A stretch of 64,000 nucleotides of DNA from Octopus sinensis (Eukaryota): positions 43,462,001 to 43,526,000 of the forward strand of contig NC_043005.1 in NCBI RefSeq assembly GCF_006345805.1. Direction: 5' to 3'. A model generated the notes under the pieces. That model was not told the origin of the DNA. It did not search any database and saw only the letters and a list, made by a program, of their open reading frames with translations. The translations under genes were made by a program, and so were the position numbers. The first letter of the stretch is position 1. Each line of letters starts with the position of its first letter. Below are positions 24,667 to 38,074 of this stretch, in pieces.

Positions 24667-24734
24667 ATGGCTACCAAATAATTGTCACTTATTACATTTA
24701 CAGATACATACATACATACATATATATATATACT

Positions 24735-25142
24735 CTTTACTCTTTACTCTTTTACTTCTTTCAGTCATTTGACTGCGGCCATGCTGGAGCACCACCTTTA
24801 GTCGAATCAAATCGACCCCAGGACTTATTCTTTGTAAACCTAGTACTTATTCTATCGGTCTCTTCTGCCGAACCGCTAAGTTATGGGGACCTAAACACAT
24901 CAGCATCGTTTGTCAAGCGATGTTGGTGGAAGGGACAAACACAGATACACTACATATACACATACATACATACATATATACGACGGGGTTTCTTTTAGTT
25001 TCTGTCTACCAAATCCACTCACAAGGCTTTGGTCAGCCCGAGGCTATAGTAGAAGATACTTGCCCAAGATGCCATGCCGTGGGATTGAACCTAGAACCAT
25101 GTGGTTGGTAAGCAAGCTACATGCCACACAGCCACTCCTGCG

Positions 25143-25145
<3 letters not shown>
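24735..25145 (-). mobile_element. SINE family A, full length
   Basis: Reverse complement of the complete element. Confidence 0.9.
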
Positions 25146-25198
<53 letters not shown>

Positions 25199-25644
25199 TG
25201 ACTATGACAATAAGATGCTGCACAACACAGAGCATCACCATTATGAATTAAAGCCTTAGAGCTGAACAAGGTACATAATTCTATCTTAGTTACATTTTGT
25301 TGTTATAGAGATATGATACTAACAACATAGATGAGTGGTTAGTTGTAGCATTGACATCTCCACATAAAACAAATTGCTCCAATAATATGGACATTTATAA
25401 AATTTGCATATACAATCATACACATGGGGAAAGTGAATGCAAAATAGTGAAAAACTATGTGAAAACTATTGATATTTGCCTTATCACAATGTTTTAGTGA
25501 TCACAATAAGTTAGTGGTATGTACAGTATTACAGTATGTGTGGGTTGTGTGAGTGTACAAGTACATGTGTGTGTATATGTGTATACATATGCACACATAT
25601 ACAAAACGTCTTGTGTATATGTACATATATATGTATATATATAT

Positions 25645-25676
<32 letters not shown>

Positions 25677-25908
25677 ATATATATATATATATACACATTA
25701 GTATATATTTATATATATGTATATAAGCATATGTATATACATACAATATATACGATAACTACACAAACACGTGCATGTATGTTTACATAAGTACATGTAT
25801 TTATACATACATACATGCATGATGCATACATATATATATATATATATGCATATATATATACATACATATGTATATGTACATATATATTTTTATATGTACG
25901 TATGTCTG

Positions 25909-25941
<33 letters not shown>

Positions 25942-26180
25942 GTATATTTCTTTTAAGATAAATGTTTGGCAAGTGTTTTCATCTGAAATTGAGTGCTGAA
26001 TGAGGTATTGTTATATTTTGGATGTGTTGTCATTGCCAATAAACTTATTGGCATAGATAACTCTTTCAATGTGAACCGAGGCAAACACACAAACACACAC
26101 ACACAATACATGTATGCATGCATATACATAAATACATGCATCCATGTGTGTGTGTATATATGTCTATGTTTGTCTCTAAG

Positions 26181-26235
<55 letters not shown>

Positions 26236-26311
26236 ATTTATATGTATATGTGTGCATATATAGATATATGTATATGTACATATGTACATACACACATATA
26301 TGTGTATTGTA

Positions 26312-26530
26312 TGTGTGGTAGTACTGAAAAGTTCCTGGCTCTGAGTAAAAGAAAAAACAGGAGGGTCAGTTAATTACGATTTTATTGAACATATTCCCCT
26401 CTCAGATTCATACACTTATTGCAGCAGACCTTCAGTTTTTCTAAGCCATGTAAACAAACTCAGGAGTTTGAGCCTCCAGCCAGGCCTTTCACAATGCTCT
26501 TAAAACCAGGAACTTTTCAGCCCCTGCTCA
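26312..26530. mobile_element. mariner-type MITE
   Basis: TIR cores CTGAAAAGTTCCTGG / CCAGGAACTTTTCAG with TA at both ends. Confidence 0.75.
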
Positions 26531-26575
26531 TACATACATACATACATACATACATACATACATACATACATACAT

Positions 26576-26622
<47 letters not shown>

Positions 26623-26664
26623 CACACACACACATATATATACATATATATAAAAAAAGAATAT

Positions 26665-26881
26665 ATATATTCTTTTATTCTTTTATTAGTTTCAGTCATA
26701 TGACTGCGGCCATGCTGGAGCACTGGTCAAAAGGGTTTTAGTCTAAGAAATCGACCCTCTACTTATTCTTTGTAAGTCTAGTACTTAGTTTATTGGTCTT
26801 TTTTGCCAAACTGCTAGGTTACAGGGACATAAACACACTAACTTCAGTTGTCATGTGATGGTGGCAGGGGACAAACACAGT

Positions 26882-26932
<51 letters not shown>

Positions 26933-27051
26933 AAATCAAATTGCGATAAAATAAAAATAATTATAATCGCTGGTATTACTAACACAAGCCATATATTTTT
27001 CATATATCAGTACATTAAGGCGAAATATGTGCTAGGAATACAGAAGCTTGA

Positions 27052-27086
<35 letters not shown>

Positions 27087-27232
27087 CAGGCTTCTTTCAG
27101 TTTCCGGCTACCAAATCCACTCACAAGGCTGAAACTATAGTAGAAGACACATGCCCAAGGTGCTACTCTGGGACTGAACCCGGAACCATGTGTTTGGGAA
27201 GCAAGCTTCTTACCACACAGCCATGCCTGTAA
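26665..27232 (-). mobile_element. SINE family A with expanded central tract
   Basis: Tail at 26685-26725, head near 27230 on minus. Confidence 0.8.
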
Positions 27233-27457
27233 CTATATGTGTGGGTTTGTGTGTGTATATATACACACACACACACAACATACACACTCACACACCACAC
27301 ATGCACACACATTAACACATACACACACATGTATATATTTATCCTTCTTAAACAAGAATATTATTAATACAGTTCAATACTTAAGAGATGAGGAATTATG
27401 TACATTATTTACATTACTTACATTTGACGGATATTTGTCCTCATCTTGTTTGTTGTT

Positions 27458-27503
27458 AACACAATGTTTTGGCTGATATACCCTCCAGCCTTCATCAGGT
27501 GTC
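27458..27503 (-). ncRNA. Minimal type I hammerhead fold in a PLE pLTR-like repeat (27360-27525), two CpG-type lesions
   Basis: GACAC-CTGATGA-A-GGCTG-loop-CAGCC-AAAACATT-GTGTT; restoring two TpG to CpG gives GAAACGTT. Confidence 0.65.
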
Positions 27504-27869
27504 TTGGGGAAATTTCGAATGGGACAAAACATTGCTAGTTGTGCATAGCTGAACACACGAGAATTCTAAAAGTCTCACTTGAACCAGGAAAGATCCTTTA
27601 CTCCAGAATGGAGATTTTCAAGCCATGTTTACATTTCAGGAGGTTCCTGCTATCATTTTGGAGCCCACAAGATAGCGGCACAACCAGAAATTGATAGCCA
27701 GTAGCAAGGGGAGATAATCTCCAATGGTTATCTTTGAGTAGTGAGACATTCCCCTCCATATTTTGAAGAGGTCATGGGCCAACAGGATTTTGGGATCTGA
27801 AGATATGCCATAAAGCTAAACCCTTTATGGATGGGAAACCTAAGGTAATCCCATAAACCAACCTTCCCA

Positions 27870-27909
<40 letters not shown>

Positions 27910-27914
<5 letters not shown>

Positions 27915-28081
27915 CGGAGGTGTGGCTGTGTGGTAAGAAGCTTCATTCCCAGCTACATGGTTCTGGGTTCAGTCCTACTGCGTAGCACCTTGGGCGTCTT
28001 CTACTATAGATTTGGGTCGACCAAATCCTTTTGAGTGGATTTGGTAGACAGAAACTGAAAGAAGCCCGTCATATATAAATA

Positions 28082-28121
<40 letters not shown>

Positions 28122-28330
28122 TATATTCATGTGTATCTGTGTTTGACAACTGATGCTAGTGAGTTTATGTCTTTGTAACTTAGCAGTTCGGCAAAAGACA
28201 CCGATAGGAGCAGTACTAGGCTTACAAAGAATAAGTTTAGGGTTGATTTCTTTGACTAAAACTATTTAAGGCAGAGCTCCAGCATAGCCATAGTCAAATG
28301 ACTAAAACGAGTAAAAGAATAAAAGAAGAT
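27910..28330 (+). mobile_element. SINE family A
   Basis: Head to tail present. Confidence 0.85.
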
Positions 28331-28489
28331 ATATGTGTGTGTGTGTGTGTGTATGTGTGTAGCCTTCCAGTACAGCCATCCAGTGTGACAGCCCAGTCAA
28401 ACCATCCAACCCATGCCAGCATGGACAATGGACATTAAATTATGATGATGATGATAATGATTAATATAAATATCTTTTCTTTTATATTC

Positions 28490-28815
28490 TACTTATGGCT
28501 TTTCTGGGGCACCACCTTGAAGAGGTTTTAGTTGAAAGAATCAACCCCAGTGCATTTTCCAACCGTAGTACTTATTGTAGCAATCTTTTTCACCGTACTG
28601 CTAAGTTACATGGATGAAAACAAACTAACATTAGTTGCCAAGTAGTGGTGGGGACAAACATACACACACACACATGACAGGCTTCTTTCAGTTTCTGTCA
28701 GCCATATCCTCTCATAAGGCTTTGATTAGCTCTCAGCTGTAGTAGACATCACTTGCCCAAGGTGCCACACAACGGGACTGAACCTGCAATCACATGATCG
28801 GGAAGCAAACTTCTC
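28490..28815 (-). mobile_element. SINE family A (older, diverged)
   Basis: Recognisable tail, body and head on minus. Confidence 0.7.
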
Positions 28816-29050
28816 ATTTCTTTATTACCCACAAGGGGCTAAACATAGAGGGGACAAACAAGGACAGACAAAGGGATTTAGTTGATTACATCAACCCCAG
28901 TCCGTAACTGGTACTTAATTTATCGACTCCGAAAAGATGAAAGGCGAAGTCGACCTCGGCGAAATTTGAACTCAGGATGTAACAGCAGACGAAATACCAC
29001 TAAGCATTTCGCCCAGTGTGCTAGCATTTCTGCCAGCTCACTGCCTTTTA
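28815..29050 (-). mobile_element. SINE family B, full length
   Basis: TTTCTTTATTACCCACAAGGGG tail to GCCAGCTCACTGCC head. Confidence 0.85.
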
Positions 29051-29974
29051 TTTTTATTATTATTACATTTTTCTTACAACACAGCCAAGCCTGCATTTAT
29101 GTAAACTCTTCTTCCTTATCTTTTTTTTGCCCCCCATAGCTATCTGAACCCTGAAGAAGGACTCAGTCTGAAACATTAGAAGTCTAGTCAACTGGATGCT
29201 GTTGTTTCTAGTTTATTAACTTTCATCAGCAATCAACTATCCTGTATATAACGGTCTCTGTGAAATTATATTTGAAGCCATTGTTATGTTTATAACTAAA
29301 TCAAGTAGAATGATTTGAATATTAGGCGCAATTTCAGCTGTAGTTCTCTTATGTACATTACTGTTGCATCTGCAATGTATACTTTCATAATGTAGTAAAT
29401 TTATGTAACAGAATTTACAGTCAAAAATGTGCCTAATATTGAAATCAGCCAGCCTGATTTAGTTAGAAGGCTGTAAAATGTATGGTATTCGATTGCTGAG
29501 CAAATTTAATAAACTAAGAACAGTGTTGTCCACTTGATGTCTCTTTTACTGTCCATGGTGAGGCTGTGTGGTGAACATGACAGACCTCTACTATTGCCTC
29601 TTGTATCTAGTAACTTTAACTCAGCTTGTTAATTAATTTATAAATGAAGTGATGGTTAATCTCTCTGGGTATAGGCCATGGCAAACTTTAGTGTCTGTAT
29701 GTGTGGGTGTGGGTGTGTATATTTGCATGTATATGTATGTGTGTGCATGTGTGTTTGTGTGTGCATGTGCATCTTTTCCTATATTCTCATATATTTATAT
29801 ATGTTGTTGTCTTGTTTCATGGTACCATAAACACATTCTCCTACATCTCATTGTCTCAATCTTGTGTTATTACATTAACTTCCCTAGGAGAACTTTCCCT
29901 TTGATCAACTGTGATGGTAAATCTAGGACTGCAATTATTGATATATGTCCAAAGCATAGATGAGAGAAGGACAG

Positions 29975-30270
29975 TCAGTCCTAGTGGTTAGCGCAGTGGA
30001 CTCGTGGTTGAGGGATCGCGGGTTCAAATCTCAAACTGGGTGATGTGTGTGTTTATGAGCGAAAACACCTGAGCTCCACGCGGCTCCAGCAGAAGGTAAT
30101 GGCGAACTTCTGCTGACTCTTTCGCCACAAATTTCTCTCACTCTTTCCTGCTGCATCTTGCAGCTCACCTGCGACGGACCAGCGTCCCGTCCAGGTGGGG
30201 AACCTATACGCCAAGGAAATCGGGAAACCGGCCCTTATGAGCCAGGCATGGCTCAAGAAGGAACAAACAA
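29975..30270 (+). mobile_element. tRNA-derived SINE family E
   Basis: TAGTGGTTAGCGCAG (A box) and GGTTCAAATCTC (B box); CpG-rich body; (AACA)n end. Confidence 0.75.
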
Positions 30271-31749
30271 GTCAGGGAAATATAAACAACACTCTTTTCT
30301 TCATTATTCTCTCAGTCAAATCTTCCACTTCTGTTCTTTTTCATACTCAGCCATGCTTCAAGTCACTTCAGTCTTTGCTTCCTTCTCTTTTGTTTCTTTT
30401 TGTTTACAGACCAGTGTCATCATTTCCCAGAGTCATTTCCATTCCATCACAAGTAACTCAACACCATGGAAATTGATAGATGAAATAGCAGTGAAAGGAA
30501 AGCCTGGGAAGAACATTGCATATAATTGCACAAAGAAGCTGAACATTCCTCAAATGCAATCCTTGACTGTTTATCAGTCAGCCAGGTGACAAATCAAGGT
30601 TGAAGACGATGGAGCAAGATGAAATCTGCAAAGAACTAAAGGCCCTCAGCTTCATCTGAGTCACACTAAGGCATATCTTCAGTGCATTCAAGATTATTTG
30701 TAAACTCTAATGTTTTTAAAGTCCATTTGGTTTGCCCAGGCCCACTGCATCCTGATGGCTTTACTACTCTCGATCACAGCTACTCACTCAACTAATGCTA
30801 CATCTTACATTGCAGCTGTCCTGCATATCATCAGAAAATTCCACCTGAATCCAACACTCAAGGGAAGTGTTGTCTACCAATAGATCTCACAGAATTGGAT
30901 CACAAGCTTATTCTATCTGGTGAGACTGCTATGGCTGTCTGTTGGTTCATTTACTGATGACAATACTTTTCTCCAACTTTTGTTCCACTGTAACCATGAG
31001 GTGTACTCAGAAGAGAGGTTAGACTCTCAGTAAAAGGTTTTACTTGGATGTCATGAGGCATTGGAGAGAGGAATTTTGAAGGAAGAAAGCTGAGGGATGA
31101 ACAAACAAAAATAAGGATACTGCACCATAACAAGGTACTTTTCAGACAAGTCAAATTTGATTTTTTGAGTGGGGGGGGGGATGGACACACAGTTGACTCT
31201 TACCTTCAGTTTTATAACAAACTCCATCTTTGCAAAAAATAGATGAGGGTAAATTCAGCAATTACAGCTCCCAACATAGCGCTGGCACCGCACACATCAT
31301 AAACATCATGCCTACAAACAAGAACAAAATAAGAAGCATAGCACTACATCAAACCTGTGTGCATCAAGGTTATTTTTTTTCTGCAGGATCATGGTGTTTG
31401 CTATGCATAAATCCCACTCATACATTTGCTGCCATAACAAGCCATTATTACTGCACTTTGCATATATATATATTCTTTTATTCTTTCACTTGTTTGCATC
31501 CTCTTTGCATCAACATGTACCTCCTTGCAACAATGTAGCCTTTAAATCTAATCAAGATCCTTGACCTGAAGAGTAGCTGGTGGTATACACTTTGCTTGAA
31601 TTTTGCCACTTCTGAGATAAAATCCATTCACTATGGAACATATATAGCCTGGATTTTTCCTACTCCATTCCATAACTCTTATGTATGTATGTATGTATGT
31701 ATGTATACATACATACATGTATATATATATTTATATATATGTTAAAGTT

Positions 31750-32292
31750 GAGAGTGAGTATCTCCTCTACATTGTAACAATCAAAAAAGTTAAGGGCTAA
31801 AAATTATCTTCATCTCTAAAATGCTCTCCATGTCTTAGAGGTAACAATCATAACAGGTAATCAAAAGGAGAAAATGTCTTTATTCCAAAAATTCCTCTCC
31901 TACCTACAGATGTTCCATTTGAATTTAAGACGCTTCAGATTCCAGTCATACTAAGTTTTACTATTTCACTCAACAAATCTCAGGGTCAATTCCTCAAGGT
32001 AGTTGGACTTGATCACTATACTATTAGCTTCTCCCGCTGCCAACTCTATGTTGCTTGCTCGTGACTTGGAAGCAGCAACAATTTATTCACTTCAGCACCA
32101 ACAAAAAATTACACAAGGTGCTTCAACATTGATAGATTTTCAATTTGAAATTCTATTATCATTACAATTTAGATATTTTTTTGATAAAATATAGACATTT
32201 TGAAATAATTATGAGAATATATCTTTATATTTATTGTTTACTAATCTGAATAAGAACAGCAGTAACATTGACAATGCCGGGTCATTCAGCTA

Positions 32293-32293
<1 letters not shown>
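31750..32293 (+). mobile_element. Autonomous Helitron 3' end: PIF1-like helicase C-terminus plus terminal hairpin-CTAG (pseudogene)
   Basis: GENVFIPKIPLLPTDVPFEFKTLQIPVILSFTISLNKSQGQFLKVVGLD..FSRCQLYVACS* matches helicase motifs V/VI; TGA in place of CGA; GCCGGGTCATTCAG-CTAG|T end. Confidence 0.9.
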
Positions 32294-32331
<38 letters not shown>

Positions 32332-32541
32332 TATCTTTTATGTCTTGTCTTTTACTTGTATCAGTCGTTAGCATGTGGTCATGCTGGGACATCACCTTGA
32401 AGATTTTTAGTCAAACAAATCAACCCCAGTAATTATTATTTTTTGTAAAGACTGGCATCTTTGCTATCAGTAACTTTTGCCATACTATATATATAACCAC
32501 AAGCTTTTTTTAATTCTCTCTCTGTTTATTTCCTTGCATTC

Positions 32542-32577
32542 CTTTCTGTTGAAGAGCATAGGCTCGAAATGTAAAAG
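32542..32577 (+). ncRNA. Hammerhead-like fold with non-canonical core, in repeat 32500-32665
   Basis: CTTT-CTGTTGA-A-GAGC-ATAG-GCTC-GAAATGTA-AAAG. Confidence 0.4.
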
Positions 32578-32686
32578 ACTTTCTCACATTTCCGAGCATC
32601 AAACTATTACACCTTCTTGTTGTTTATATACCTGTCTGCAAATTTTGTTTTTCTGTAAATTTCAACAATATATATATGTGCATATA

Positions 32687-32725
<39 letters not shown>

Positions 32726-33135
32726 TCAGAGAGATAAATAGATTAGATATAGATACAGGAAGAAGTATGATAAGCATGGAATGCAATTTATACCACTGTG
32801 GATGAAATATATACAGTATACTGCTATGGATCTGCATCTAATTGCACTATGAACTCTCATTGCAGAGGATGCAAATAACCACAATGGCAAACTATGTATA
32901 GGGAAGGAATGGTTAAAACAGACATTTACCATACTTTGTATGTCATAACCAATAATACTGTTAAGTACAGTAGTAACCACACCACTTTGTTGGCAGTAGA
33001 ATGGATGATGTTGGTCTATGGGAAGCGCTAAATTCAAAGCAGCAGTCATACATCTACACACAGGAAATATACAAATGTGTGTGTGTGTGTGAGTATATAT
33101 ATATACACACACACACATGCATATATATGTATAGC

Positions 33136-33166
<31 letters not shown>

Positions 33167-33371
33167 TCATATATATATGTATAGCTATTTATAAATATAC
33201 ATATATATAAATACACACACATTCATAAATATGCATGTAAAGCTATATATATATATATAGATATATATGTATATGTGTATGTGTATATATATATATATGC
33301 ATTTATACATACATTTATACTTACATATATGGGTATGTGCGCGTGTGTGTGGCTGATACGTATATATATAC

Positions 33372-33436
<65 letters not shown>

Positions 33437-33799
33437 CATATATGTTGCCAGATTAAGAAATACTTGTTTCCTTCTCAATCATTTCAATCAGTTGTGATTC
33501 ATTCATATTGAATGAAAAATGAAAAGAAAAAAGAAAAAAAGCAGTACACATTGGTCATTTGGTCATCAGTTTTGATAAGATAAATTTTGGGGAGAAGAAT
33601 GAAAAGGAAACTGAAGGTGTTTAGCTGAAAATTAAAAAAGGAAGAGGAACAATTATTCCTGCGTATGAATCTAAGAATAGGTGTGTGATCTAAAATGCTT
33701 AGTTTAGCTCACTTGTCTCTACTTCAAAAGAAAATATCAGAATCTGGTTGAGAATAAATGTAACTTATCATTTGCTGATATCTCTTAGGTTAATGGTTC

Positions 33800-34440
33800 A
33801 ATCTAGACATGAAATACTTAAGTTGTATCGTATGATAAATGAAGGCAATTTTCTTAATATTAATTTGGCACTTCTTTGTGTTAGCACACAGGTTATTCTC
33901 ATCTAGTGGGGACATCCATAAGTTACTTTAGAATTCTTTCTTCATTCGTGAGACTTTGAAGATACTCTTACAAAGGAATGAAATTCAGAAGGGATTACCA
34001 ATAAATTAATAGCCATAAATTGGAAATAATGAAGACATCCTCATCCTAGAAAGAAGTCCTTCATTATCGTTTGTGCCATCAATAGCAGCGAAACTTTCTT
34101 AGTCATATATATTAATCTTCAAAAAGCTTTATGATTAGTGTTATATTTCTAGTTGTTATATATTACAGCAAAATCTTTGCTTCAAAAGAATGTAATTATA
34201 TTTATATTGTTCGCTTCAATTTAATTTCTTAGCTTTGTGCTTCGTATGTTAACTTTACAATATTACTCTTGAAGGAAAATATTACTGCCAAGCTAAATCA
34301 TTTGATATTTGGAGCCAATAGTAAAATACTACAAGAATGATGATATTTTCTAGCGTCTTTATGGTAAATTACGTAGCTACTCTTGCAAACATGGTTCTTA
34401 CTTTCCAAAGATTGATTGTTCTCTCAACAAAGAAAATAAA
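33800..34440 (-). mobile_element. Possible hAT-like transposase remnant
   Basis: Minus-strand ESFAAIDGTNDNEG.. and a later GCPH resemble the F...DG.ND and GC..H motifs of hAT-like transposases; heavily decayed. Confidence 0.4.
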
Positions 34441-35069
34441 GTGGTATTCACCACAATAAATGATAAAATAATTTTTATTTAAATTTTGAAGTCTTTTTTT
34501 TTATTTTTATTTATTTATTTTTGTAAAAGATGATGTATATGACTTCATGACGTTGCTGCTTTATTCCTGACATGCTTATTTTGCTAGTGTTTAAGTCTAT
34601 GTATCAGTCATTTCAAATTTGTATTAATATATTCTTTTGCTTGTTTGTTCATGCCTACACTTTAGATTTATCATGACATATCAGGATTTTGCAAAGTCAT
34701 AGTTCAAAGGAGTACTTTATTTGCTTTACCGGACCTCTTTCAATGAAGACTTCAGACTCTAAGAATGTAGTTTTGATAATATTGTAGTTTCTTGTTATTT
34801 GGTAATGTAGTTGGATATCAATATTTAGACAGAAATATAAATCTCGGAGAAAACCAGAGAGTCACATTAGAATCTGAATTAATTTCAATAGAATATGCTA
34901 CAAAAGTTTTTGTGCCACTAATATCAACCAACTGACAGAAACAGTAAGTCTGGTAGTATTTACTTTACTCCAGATTATTATCAGGATCAAATCAATACCA
35001 GTAATATTCTACTAATTCAACTGACCATGTTACTTCTTTACAATGTTTAGTTTTGTTCCCAATCAAAAG

Positions 35070-35095
35070 AAATCATCATCATCATAATCATCATC

Positions 35096-35126
<31 letters not shown>

Positions 35127-35154
35127 CCATCACCATCACCATCATCATCATCAA

Positions 35155-35198
<44 letters not shown>

Positions 35199-35232
35199 CC
35201 ATCACCATCATCATCATCATCATCATCAACAC

Positions 35233-35268
<36 letters not shown>

Positions 35269-35300
35269 CGTCATCGTCATCATCATCATCATCATCATCA
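35070..35300. repeat. (CAT/CAC)n microsatellite, expanded tail of the adjacent family C copy
   Basis: Read directly. Confidence 0.95.
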
Positions 35301-35530
35301 CTTAACATCTGGTTGGACAGTTTGACAGAAGTCAAACAAGCTGGAGAGCTGCACCAGGTTCTGGTTAACTGTCTTGGCTTTGGCTTCTACAGCTGGATGC
35401 CCTCCCTAATGTTAACCACTTTGCAGACCATACTGGGCGTTCTTTGTGTGGCACCAGCACCTGTGCTTTATAAATGAAACCAGCAAATGTGCTTCATATG
35501 TGGCACCAGCATGGGTGCTTTTTACATGAA
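35290..35530 (-). mobile_element. Repeat family C
   Basis: CTACAGCTGGATGCCCTCCCTAATG core. Confidence 0.75.
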
Positions 35531-37039
35531 ATAATAAGTCTTTCCTTTTTAAACCAAAGCCAGCCATGGAATTAGGCTGTTGTTTACTTTCCTATTTCTA
35601 GACTATCTCACAGTGGAGCTTGCAAAATTATTCTCTCTTTCCAATACTGCAGGTTCTCTATAATTTACCAGTTTAATTCCAATTTCTTTGATCAAGAAAA
35701 GTATACAAAAACTAAATTAATAATCAAACATTCATAATATTCTCCAATCTGTTACAGGTGTAAAGCATTTAAGGTATTTGTTTTTATTCTCAGTGTGATT
35801 AGCTTAGAGTTTGAATTGTAAAATGAGAATTTCACAACAGGAGCAAAGGATGTTTGTTTGAATAATAAAACCAAAAGTACAACATAGTTTTAACAATTTC
35901 AAACTCTGCAAAATAATTTTGAATTATATATTCACTTGAACTTGTCTTATTCCTAGGGGCGATATATTTCTATTGGTTAATCATTATTGATTAGCATCAA
36001 CATTTAATGATATTTGTTGAAAAATGTCTAGCATGCATTACAAGAATAGTTTCTTTTAAAAATTATATTTAAGAAAATGAAAATTCATAAACTGTATTTC
36101 ATTTTAAACATTAAATCATCTTCATTTATGAATAATCTTTTTAATAGCTGTTATTGTTGTTTATGTTATTGTTGATATTACAGTCTGATGTTGCTGTTGT
36201 TTTTGTTTTTGTTTTGTTGTTGTTGAAGTACCATGAGAGAATTTCAATGTTTACAGTTCTCTAATTGATTTTCTGGACATTTTCCTTTTGTTTTTATTTA
36301 TTTATTTATTCTATTCAGCATAAAAGAAAGAAGAAATGGTTTCCAATTCTAAACATCATCATTTACAGATATTTATCATTAATTCTTGTAGTTAGCTGTT
36401 TGAAAAATAGCTTGCTCCTTCCACAACACCATTTGAAATACTAAACGAAAATTTCACCTAAAAATGTAAATTAATGTTTTAATTTATTTATATGTATTTA
36501 GCGTATATAACGAATACTTTTTTTAATGACATTTTCAAGTTTTTTTTTCCTTTTCTTACAAATTCAAACAAAGAAAAAATAAGTAAAGAAAAAAAAAGCA
36601 ACAGCCCCAAATTCTTATTTTAAAAATAGATTAGCTTCATCAGAGTTGGAAAAATTAATTACATTGAAATTAATTATAAAACTGATTTATAGTGAGGTTT
36701 GGAAAGTACCAGTATTTCATTCTACATAGACATAATTTTTGATAAAGCTTAGTTTCTTAGTTTCTAAACTAAATCGAGAAAAATCAATAAGTTGAAGTTT
36801 TAGGCTATGTTTGTAAACTAAAGCAGTAATGGTTGAGGGAATGTCTGTGTTTGTATTTGTGTGTATATGTGTGGATATATGTGTGTGGGCATGCAGACTT
36901 GGTACATACACCTTTCCTCTTCATGATTGTTTTAAATCCAGTTTGTCAAACTGGCACACACACACGAACACATTCATAAACTTACACACATACACTCTCT
37001 CCCACACATTAAAATATACACATACATGCTATATTTCAT

Positions 37040-37520
37040 CATCATCATCATCAGCAGCAGCATTTAACGCCTGCTTTCCATGCCAGCATAGGTTGGACAG
37101 TTTGGCTGAGGACTGGTAAACCAGTAGGCTGCAACCAGGCTCCAATCTGATTTGGTAAAGTTTCTACAGCTGGATGCCTTTCCTAATGACAATCACTCTG
37201 AGAGTGTAGCGGGTGCTTTTTACATGACAAGGCACAGGAGCCAGTCAGAGGGCACTGGTATCAACCACGTTCGGATAGTACTTTTTACATGCCACCGGCA
37301 TGGGAGCCAGATAGAGAGCACTGGCAACATTCGGATGGTGCTTTTTACATGCCATTGGCACAGGAGCCAGTCAGGAGATACTGGCATCAATCATGGTCGC
37401 ATGGTGCCTTTTACATGCCACCGGCATGGGGAGCCAGTCAAGTGGCACTAGCATCGACTCACGCTTGGATGATGCTTATTACGTGCTACCAGCATGGGTG
37501 CCAGTCAGGCAGCACTGCCC
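37040..37520 (-). mobile_element. Repeat family C with internal tandem subrepeats
   Basis: Core plus about five diverged units containing TTTTACATGCCA..GGCA..GGAGCCAG. Confidence 0.8.
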
Positions 37521-37934
37521 ACAACTATGATTATATTTGAATATGAATACATATATAAATATATATATATACATATATCTATCTATCTGTCTATCTATCT
37601 CTATATATATATATATATTCATACATATATATACGTACATACATATATATATATGTACATGCACGCACACATACATGTATATCATCATTTAACAACCACC
37701 TTTCTATGCTTGCAGGAGTAAGATAAAATTTATTGAGGCAGATTTTCTTTGGCTGGATGCCTTTCCTGTCACCAACTCTCACTTGTTTCCAAGCAAGAAA
37801 GTATTTCCCCATGCCCAGATGTTTTCCATGACTGGAAATGAACACCATTACTTCTTTGATGATTATACTTGCTTACAAACATCACATGATGTCATGACAT
37901 ATATGTGTGTACATATCTTTTTCTCTCTCTCTCT

Positions 37935-38001
<67 letters not shown>

Positions 38002-38027
38002 TATATATATATATGTATATATGTATG

Positions 38028-38074
<47 letters not shown>

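Larger units (their letters stand above)
24410..24705. repeat. Long palindromic element (~115-bp arms, 24471-24705) resembling inverted PLE pseudo-LTRs
   Basis: Left arm ATCTGTAAATGTAATATGTGACAATT..CTGGCCATCCGAAAAAA matches the reverse complement of the right arm with scattered mismatches; centre TGCTC at 24586-24590. Confidence 0.85.

Noticed and set aside
29975-30060. tRNA-like A/B boxes here and in other SINE heads
   Set aside because: No cloverleaf with acceptor stem; they continue into SINE bodies, so no tRNA gene is called
35047-35335. Poly-Asp/His/Met ORFs
   Set aside because: Expanded (CAT)n tail of a family C repeat
35758-35773. 16-nt micro-exon-like segment (TACAG|GTGTAAAGCATTTAAG|GTATTT)
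   Set aside because: Good splice-site matches but frame-shifting length and no supporting neighbours; expected by chance in 64 kb
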